Shown piece by piece: positions 58,197 through 64,000 of a stretch of DNA of 64,000 nucleotides. The stretch spans positions 13,744 through 77,743 of the forward strand of contig DUCC01000020.1 of NCBI GenBank assembly GCA_012959995.1, written 5' to 3'. Below the pieces are notes generated by a model. It was not told the DNA's origin. It saw only the letters and a list, made by a program, of their open reading frames with translations, and made no database searches. The DNA comes from Acidimicrobiia bacterium (GTDB lineage: Bacteria; Actinomycetota; Acidimicrobiia; Acidimicrobiales; MedAcidi-G1). Position numbers and translations under genes: made by a program. The stretch's first letter is position 1; each line of letters starts with the position of its first letter.

Positions 58197-58822
58197 GTGC
58201 TGCACCAGCAAAAAATAAAAACCTATTGTTCGTGATTGTTGGCGTAGTGTTGTTGGCCTTAATGGTGGTGTGGTTCTCGGGCGAGGATGCACCGGTGGAA
58301 GAGACCGTGCCGACTGTTGAAGTGGCTCCGGTGCAGGTGGTGGGCGAAAACTTGCCGAGTTTCGTAAACGAACTGGGCGACGAGGCAGTGGGTATGGCCG
58401 CCCCCTCGATCACTGGGGTGTCGTTTACTGGTGAAGAGGTGACTATTGCTTCGGGCGAGGGCACCGCTTATGTTCTCGGTTTTTTTGCTCACTGGTGCCC
58501 GCATTGCCAACGAGAATTGCCGGGGATAAGCGAGTGGATGATGTTTAACGATCCACCAGCGGGTGTTACGGTGGTGGCGGTGTCTACCGCGGTAAACGAT
58601 GGTGCCCCCAATTATCCGCCTTCGGCGTGGTTTCGTGAGGTGGGGTGGACTGCTCAGGTGTTGGTGGATTCAGAGGCTATGGGTGTGGCTGATGCGTTTG
58701 GTTTGAGCAGTTACCCATTTTTCGTGTTGGTTGGTGCGGATGGAAAGGTGGTTGCTCGGGTGAGCGGTGAGATCGGTATCCCAGTGTGGGAACGGTTGTT
58801 GGAAGCAGCTGCTCGAGGGTAA
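58193..58822 (+). CDS. Membrane-anchored thioredoxin-fold (TlpA/DsbA-like) oxidoreductase, CPHC
   Basis: N-terminal TM, FFAHWCPHC, cis-Pro loop SYPFF. ATGA overlap with dsbB. Confidence 0.88.
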   Translation: MSAAPAKNKNLLFVIVGVVLLALMVVWFSGEDAPVEETVPTVEVAPVQVVGENLPSFVNELGDEAVGMAAPSITGVSFTGEEVTIASGEGTAYVLGFFAHWCPHCQRELPGISEWMMFNDPPAGVTVVAVSTAVNDGAPNYPPSAWFREVGWTAQVLVDSEAMGVADAFGLSSYPFFVLVGADGKVVARVSGEIGIPVWERLLEAAARG

Positions 58823-58870
58823 TTTTTCTTTAGGGCGTGGGTTTTGCGCTGAGCCTGCCAGAATGCCGGT

Positions 58871-58946
58871 GGGCCGGTAGCTCAGTGGTTAGAGCAGGCG
58901 ACTCATAATCGCTCGGTCGCGGGTTCGATCCCCGCCCGGCCCACCA
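58871..58946 (+). tRNA. tRNA-Ile2(CAT), lysidine type
   Basis: CAT anticodon. Body (TAGCTCAGTGGTTAGAGCAGGCGACTCATAATCGCT) matches the ileX pattern as I recall it, not initiator or elongator Met. Encoded CCA. Confidence 0.85.
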
Positions 58947-58982
58947 ATCTTGACTTTTTTTGCTCCGATGAGATAATGCAGT

Positions 58983-59318
58983 ATGGAAAGCTTTGAAACA
59001 CAGGAGTCCGTAGCAGGGCAGAAAGAATTTGACAAGGTTTCTGTGGCTTCGTTGGTGTTGGTGCTTTTAGCCTTTTGTTCCGCGCTCCTCCCGATGACTG
59101 ACAGCGGGCCACCGAGTCTATTTGTAGCCTTTCTAATCTTTTACTTCCCTGGAGGGGTGTGCGGCATTTGGGGTTTAATTCGCACGAAAAAAAATCCTCA
59201 TTTGCGAGGAAGAAGTTTGGCCACGACGACTCTTCTTATCGGCAACCCGATATCACTTTGGATCATCGGTATTTTCCTTTACTTTTCTCTGGGCACACTA
59301 AACGGCGGCTGCTGCTAG
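58983..59318 (+). CDS. Small membrane protein, DUF4190-like
   Basis: Three hydrophobic segments with GLIRTKK...RGRSLA pattern. Confidence 0.6.
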   Translation: MESFETQESVAGQKEFDKVSVASLVLVLLAFCSALLPMTDSGPPSLFVAFLIFYFPGGVCGIWGLIRTKKNPHLRGRSLATTTLLIGNPISLWIIGIFLYFSLGTLNGGCC

Positions 59319-59441
59319 CGGGACCAGCCTTAGAACAACTTGTTGAGGGTTCTCCCAGGCTTTCGCCTTATGGGTCACCTCCTCAGAAGAGTAGGGGGAG
59401 CAGAGAGAAAAGAGATAACGCAATATGGAGGTGGTCTCTAA

Positions 59442-60401
59442 TCACTGACTTCCTTGAAGCCAAGAATATTCATCGCTGGTAAGCACTATTCCGCTTGCCT
59501 CTACATTTTTTTCTGCTTCGCTGAGTGTTCGGGCCGCACAGGTAGCGAAAGTAGGAAATGGTGCCGCAAGAATGTAGGCCACAGAAACCTGTTCAAGGCC
59601 GCATCCTTTTTCCGCAGCGAGGCTTATTGCACGTTCCCGTCGATTCATATTCTCGGTAGAACCGTAACAACGAACTGTTTCAGAAAAAGTTGAAAGATTC
59701 GGATCATAAGAAGAAGTTAAAAACCCGCTAGCTAAAGAGGACCAAGCCAGCACAGGCATTTGGTTTTGTGCAAACCAGTCTCGCTCATCTGAATGGTTGC
59801 CACCGGTAATTGTTGTTACACCAGGCCAAGGAGCGTCAATCTGATCAACAAGTGAGAAATGAGGACTTGTTGCAGAAGGGGGAGTTAGGTCGTTTTCTTG
59901 AACGTAGTTCACTGCTTCTTCAAGCCGGGTAAAAGACCAGTTTGAGACACCCCAAGCACAAATGGTTCCTTTCGAGACTTCAAGAGATACAGCATCAACA
60001 AGTTCAGGAACAGGAACGCTTTCGTCATCTCGGTGAAAAAGCCAAAGATCAATCTGGTCAACTCCCATACGGTTACAAGAAATAGATATGTCTTTAGAAA
60101 CATTTTCTGGCAGCACCCGAGAAGCAGACCAGTCCGGAGGCCCAGGATGACAGCCTTTACCGATGATTGTGACGTCATCACGAACTCCTCGTGTAGTCAC
60201 CCACTTCCCGAGCCGCTCATCACATGACCCGTTCTCGTCTGCGTAAGTAAGTCCACTGTCAAAAGCGTTGATACCCGCCGAGAAAACGTCATCAAGTAGG
60301 CGATGAGGTTCTTCAACCAGAGTCTGACCAAAGAGCGGGGTGGCTCCTTGAATCACGGAAGGTACGGGAAGAGGGACACCGTCTATCATTTTTTTATCCA
60401 T
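59442..60401 (-). CDS. Aldo/keto reductase
   Basis: FDSGLTY, IIGKGCHP, IDLWLFHRDD, WGVSNW, AWSSLASG. Start at ATG 60401. Confidence 0.9.
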   Translation of the reverse strand: MDKKMIDGVPLPVPSVIQGATPLFGQTLVEEPHRLLDDVFSAGINAFDSGLTYADENGSCDERLGKWVTTRGVRDDVTIIGKGCHPGPPDWSASRVLPENVSKDISISCNRMGVDQIDLWLFHRDDESVPVPELVDAVSLEVSKGTICAWGVSNWSFTRLEEAVNYVQENDLTPPSATSPHFSLVDQIDAPWPGVTTITGGNHSDERDWFAQNQMPVLAWSSLASGFLTSSYDPNLSTFSETVRCYGSTENMNRRERAISLAAEKGCGLEQVSVAYILAAPFPTFATCAARTLSEAEKNVEASGIVLTSDEYSWLQGSQ

Positions 60402-61371
60402 TTTCAGACTCCTTATCTGCAGGGTAAATAACGCCGATTTCGGAACGGATTTCATCCATTAAACGCGACATCGAAAGAGACCAACTCCAAGGAACCACAT
60501 CGCTTTCAACTGCTCCAGATTCCAAACATCTCTGAACTTCTCTTATTTGGTATTCGAACCCGTTGACGTCATGAGGAATAGAAATATCTTCTGACAAAGA
60601 GTTAGATGTAAGGACAGCTTTTTCGGCTTGCCAAAAAAATGGTATTTCAATCATTCCCTCGGAACCGATTACCCGACCTGAGAATCCAAGAGCAGCATTT
60701 ATCGCTGAACCAAGACGGGCAAGCCCACCGTTGGGGTATTTAGCAACTATCCCAAGATGTGTATCTATTCCTTTAGAGGAAAGATCAGCTTTAGCAGAGA
60801 ATTCTTCGGGCGGAGATCCATAAATAAGGTCAGCCAAAGTCAATGTGTAAATACCGACGTCAAGCAGACTTCCTCCTGCTAGATCAGGGTTCCATAATCG
60901 GCTTTCTGGAACATAGGGAGCGTTGAAACCAAATGATGCTTCGACAAGAACGACTTCCCCGATTTTTCCTTCGTTGATCCATGATAAAACTTTTTCATAA
61001 ACAGGTAAATGTCGTGTCCACATTGCTTCCATTAAAAAAGTTTGCGTGCTCTCCGCGGATCGAATCATTTTGGAAACCTCGGACTCATTTACTGCAAGAG
61101 GCTTTTCGCACAACACCGGAACTGAAGCTTCTAATAAGGGGACAGTAGAAGAACAATGCCCACTATGAGGGACAGCAATATAAGCAGCATCCACCGCGCT
61201 TACTAATGCCAGAAGGTCAGTTGAACCTTCTGGCACATCATAAGAACTACAAAAATCTTCTATACGACCTGAATCTCTGCCTACAACCATTTCTATAGAG
61301 TGCCCAATCCCTCGAGCAGCTTCCATAAAAGTTTTAGCAATTGATCCATGACCTACTATTCCCCAGCGCAT
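60394..61371 (-). CDS. Gfo/Idh/MocA-family oxidoreductase
   Basis: WGIVGHGSIA, YIAVPH, LCEKP, MEAMWTR, GGSLLDVGIY. Start at ATG 61371. Confidence 0.92.
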   Translation of the reverse strand: MRWGIVGHGSIAKTFMEAARGIGHSIEMVVGRDSGRIEDFCSSYDVPEGSTDLLALVSAVDAAYIAVPHSGHCSSTVPLLEASVPVLCEKPLAVNESEVSKMIRSAESTQTFLMEAMWTRHLPVYEKVLSWINEGKIGEVVLVEASFGFNAPYVPESRLWNPDLAGGSLLDVGIYTLTLADLIYGSPPEEFSAKADLSSKGIDTHLGIVAKYPNGGLARLGSAINAALGFSGRVIGSEGMIEIPFFWQAEKAVLTSNSLSEDISIPHDVNGFEYQIREVQRCLESGAVESDVVPWSWSLSMSRLMDEIRSEIGVIYPADKESENG

Positions 61372-61461
61372 CCACACAGCATTACCGAAGAGAAAGAAAA
61401 TGTCTATTTGAGGCATGCTCTTAAAAAAAGTAAAGTAAGCGTTCTGACGGAAAGAAGAAAA

Positions 61462-62529
61462 ATGAAGGTAGCAATCGGATATGGCGGGCCGGCATCAGGA
61501 TCAAAACGCGATTGGGATACTCAAGTCGAGTTCCTTCTCGAAGCAGAACAGATGGGTGTCGATATTATCTGGAGCGCAGAAGCCTGGGGCATGGACGGCG
61601 TAACAACCTTGGCTTACCTTGCGGCAGTAACAAAGAAAGTGAAACTAGGAACAGGAATTCTACAAATCTCTGCTCGGGCTCCCGCAATGACCGCCATGAC
61701 CGCTTTGTCTCTTGCATCCATCAGTGATGATCGCTTTATTCTTGGTTTAGGGGTTAGCGGACCTCAAGTAGTTGAAGGTCTTCACGGGGTTCCCTTCTCA
61801 AAACCGTTATCTCGATTGAAAGAAACTGTTGATATTATTCGACAAGCTTTCGCCGGGGAAAAGATCTCCTATCAAGGGACACATCATGAACTCCCTCTCC
61901 CCGGAGGGCAAGGAAAATCTTTACGCTTAGCTCAACGGCCAAATGAAAATATTCCGATATGGCTCGCCACACTTGGACCTAAGTCTCTTGCGTACACCGG
62001 AGAAACTGCTGATGGTTGGGTTGGGACATCATTTGTACCCAGTGGAGCAGAAGCCACACTCGGACATATCCAACAAGCAGCACGCGAAGCCAACCGAAAA
62101 CCACATAGTGTCGAATATCAAGCAGGGGGAGCGGTCCAATTCGGCGAAGACCTTGAAGCATTAATTGCCCCACGACGCCCAGGAGTAGCTTTCACATTAG
62201 GAGCCATGGGATCCCCGACAACTAACTTCTACAACGACGCCTATCGTCGAGCAGGATTCGAAGAAGAAGCTAGACATGTGCAGAAACTTTGGATTGAAAA
62301 AAAGCGAGAAGAAGCAACTGCGGCAGTGCCCGATGAGTTAGTTCTACAAACAAATTTCTTAGGTACCAAAGAACAGGTAACAGAACGTGTTCGAGCATAT
62401 AGAGACGCAGGAATCACGGTGCTAAGAGTGCAACCCGAAGGCGCGAATCAGCAAGAACGTTTAGACAGTCTCGGACAAATCGTTGATGTTGTTAAGACGG
62501 TGAGTGAAGAGGACTCAGGGAACTCTTAG
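61462..62529 (+). CDS. Luciferase-like (LLM) F420-dependent oxidoreductase
   Basis: WSAEAWG, LGTGIL, RFILGLGVSGPQVVEGLHG, ATLGPK, GETADGW. Confidence 0.9.
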   Translation: MKVAIGYGGPASGSKRDWDTQVEFLLEAEQMGVDIIWSAEAWGMDGVTTLAYLAAVTKKVKLGTGILQISARAPAMTAMTALSLASISDDRFILGLGVSGPQVVEGLHGVPFSKPLSRLKETVDIIRQAFAGEKISYQGTHHELPLPGGQGKSLRLAQRPNENIPIWLATLGPKSLAYTGETADGWVGTSFVPSGAEATLGHIQQAAREANRKPHSVEYQAGGAVQFGEDLEALIAPRRPGVAFTLGAMGSPTTNFYNDAYRRAGFEEEARHVQKLWIEKKREEATAAVPDELVLQTNFLGTKEQVTERVRAYRDAGITVLRVQPEGANQQERLDSLGQIVDVVKTVSEEDSGNS

Positions 62530-62775
62530 TAGGCTGGTAATAGATGGGTGAAAAAATAATGGGAAACTCCTTTATATGAATGATTAGATTTTTTGAACTT
62601 GTAGCGATCCGTAAAGGATCATGTAGGAGTAATGCGCCATAACGTATCGGTGGCTTTATTTTCTTACTTAGGCCGTTTCGGCCGCACTAAACGGGCGTTG
62701 ATGCTAACTAGCGTCAGGCTCTAAGAGTTCTTCTCGTCCCTGTGGCATAATGGGGCAACCTTAAGGAGGCCCCTG

Positions 62776-64000
62776 ATGGATGTTGAGATTATCTTTTCGC
62801 TGATTAGTTCCTTTCTGCCCTTGGCCCTAATTGTTGGTGTGGTGGTGGCTGTACAGCGTGGACGTACCGGTGACAGGGATGTTGGTTCTTCGGTGCAACG
62901 GGTGCTTATTTACGGGTTTTTGGCGGTAGTGGTGATGCTGGTAGCCACCGGGGTAGATGACTTAGCGAGCCGCATTATTGAAAAACTCGAAGGTGAGGAT
63001 CCGAGCGCACCGGCTTGGGCGGCGGCTCGGGTGTTGGTCGGTGGTGGTGCGTTGCTTCTACTTATCCGTATGATGCGCCGCCGTTTTGCTACACAACCCG
63101 GCGAGCAATCGACGTTGGCTTGGATGTTCTACCAAGGAGTAATGGAGTTGACCGCTCTTGGAGTGATGACTTACGCCTCGGTCAACATTTTGCAAGCAAT
63201 CATTGGTGATGGTTCATTCAGCATCGGCTATTTGGTCACGTTGGCGGTGTGGGGTTACACCTGGAACTATCATGTTCGCCTCGGCGATCGAATAATAAGC
63301 GACCAGCCAGTTCGGTCATCGTTTACTCTTTTAGGCGGGTCAATGATTGGCCTGGTTGGTTCTGTGGTGGCCTTTGGCGCGTTGGCGGTCAACTTTGCCG
63401 TGTGGGGCTACGAAGCGGCCACCGGTGAAGCTATGTGGGAAGCTGATTTTGATGTCGTACGCGACATCCTTCCCTTTTTGCTGGTCTTTGGCGCTATCTG
63501 GTTTTGGTATTGGGTGCGCCAAGTGGTGCCTGCCGGCGAATCAAACGCTCGTCACGCTTTTACGTTGATTGTTGGGGTTCTTGGCGGTTTGGGCACCATG
63601 GTGGGTGTCGCCGCGGGCATGATCGCCATGGTGCTGCATTGGGTGTTTGTTGATGAGCAAATGTCGGCAGCCCAGTATTTTCACCCTTGGTCGGCCATGG
63701 TGGCGGTCGCTGCGGTGGCTTGTTTAGTGTGGCGCTACCACCGGTCGTTGCTGCCGTCTAGCGAGGGCCGTGCACGTTCTGAAGTTAATCGCGCCTACGA
63801 CTATTTGGCTTTATGGGTCGGGTTGGCGGCCATGGTGGTCGGCATTGGCATGTTGTTCTTTTCGTTGCTACAACTCGTTACCCCTCTTCCGGTGGGCGAA
63901 GAACGGGTCTTGACTGATTTCGTTATTGCCGCCTTTACTGGCTTGCTGGTTGGCAGTTTGGTTTGGCGTAACTTTTGGCCATCGGTGCAAGCGTTTGCCA
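62776..64000 (+). CDS. Multi-pass membrane protein with repeated helical modules (DUF5671-like), truncated by window end
   Basis: AAGGAGG RBS, ATG 62776 (MDVEIIFSLISSFLPLALIV...), open to the end with repeated TM pairs ending W..H/Y. Absent from the track because it has no stop in the window. Confidence 0.75.
   Translation, partial: MDVEIIFSLISSFLPLALIVGVVVAVQRGRTGDRDVGSSVQRVLIYGFLAVVVMLVATGVDDLASRIIEKLEGEDPSAPAWAAARVLVGGGALLLLIRMMRRRFATQPGEQSTLAWMFYQGVMELTALGVMTYASVNILQAIIGDGSFSIGYLVTLAVWGYTWNYHVRLGDRIISDQPVRSSFTLLGGSMIGLVGSVVAFGALAVNFAVWGYEAATGEAMWEADFDVVRDILPFLLVFGAIWFWYWVRQVVPAGESNARHAFTLIVGVLGGLGTMVGVAAGMIAMVLHWVFVDEQMSAAQYFHPWSAMVAVAAVACLVWRYHRSLLPSSEGRARSEVNRAYDYLALWVGLAAMVVGIGMLFFSLLQLVTPLPVGEERVLTDFVIAAFTGLLVGSLVWRNFWPSVQAFA

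Noticed and set aside
58871-58946. tRNA-Met or fMet
   Set aside because: Paired first base pair, no GGG/CCC anticodon stem, and the body resembles lysidine tRNA-Ile2.
62699-62707. TGA-TGC-TAA as a C-terminal Sec-Cys motif
   Set aside because: In-frame TAG 30 nt upstream, no start or SECIS. At best a relic.

Overview
Mostly housekeeping chromosome of a high-GC actinobacterium, most plausibly class Acidimicrobiia. This taxonomy is inferred from gene content (mycothiol-dependent dehydrogenase plus MBL partner, mec-cysM-rph-rdgB synteny, an F420-type LLM enzyme, an HhH-GPD repair protein, pervasive leaderless promoters), not from a search. The window has about 55 CDS, tmRNA and three tRNAs (Leu-TAG, Asn-GTT, Ile2-CAT). 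There is no rRNA, CRISPR array, integrase or transposase. Main points of interest: (1) selD is a selenoprotein (in-frame TGA in GAG-U-GCK plus a SECIS-like hairpin) that the ORF track truncates, and it lies directly behind a SufS-like PLP enzyme lacking the catalytic Cys, a candidate selenocysteine-lyase/SelD selenium-supply pair. (2) An integrase-less acyltransferase island at the tmRNA 3' end is bounded by a degenerate ssrA 3' copy and carries a diverged copy of the neighbouring SDR gene's 3' end. (3) Two tandem secreted subtilases sit between smpB and ssrA and share a C-terminal domain I cannot assign. (4) An unassigned structured RNA/small-ORF element at about 47.7 kb has a sequestered extended Shine-Dalgarno. 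(5) Other oddities are an intact AceK, an isobutyryl-CoA-mutase-type cluster, a split SUF system with two SufC and no SufB, a pseudokinase/pseudo-ATPase pair, and a c-di-GMP enzyme starting 2 nt after tRNA-Leu. Two genes are broken by a single missing base in 7-nt homopolymers and may be sequencing errors. All calls come from motif reading by eye; no searches or folding programs were run.
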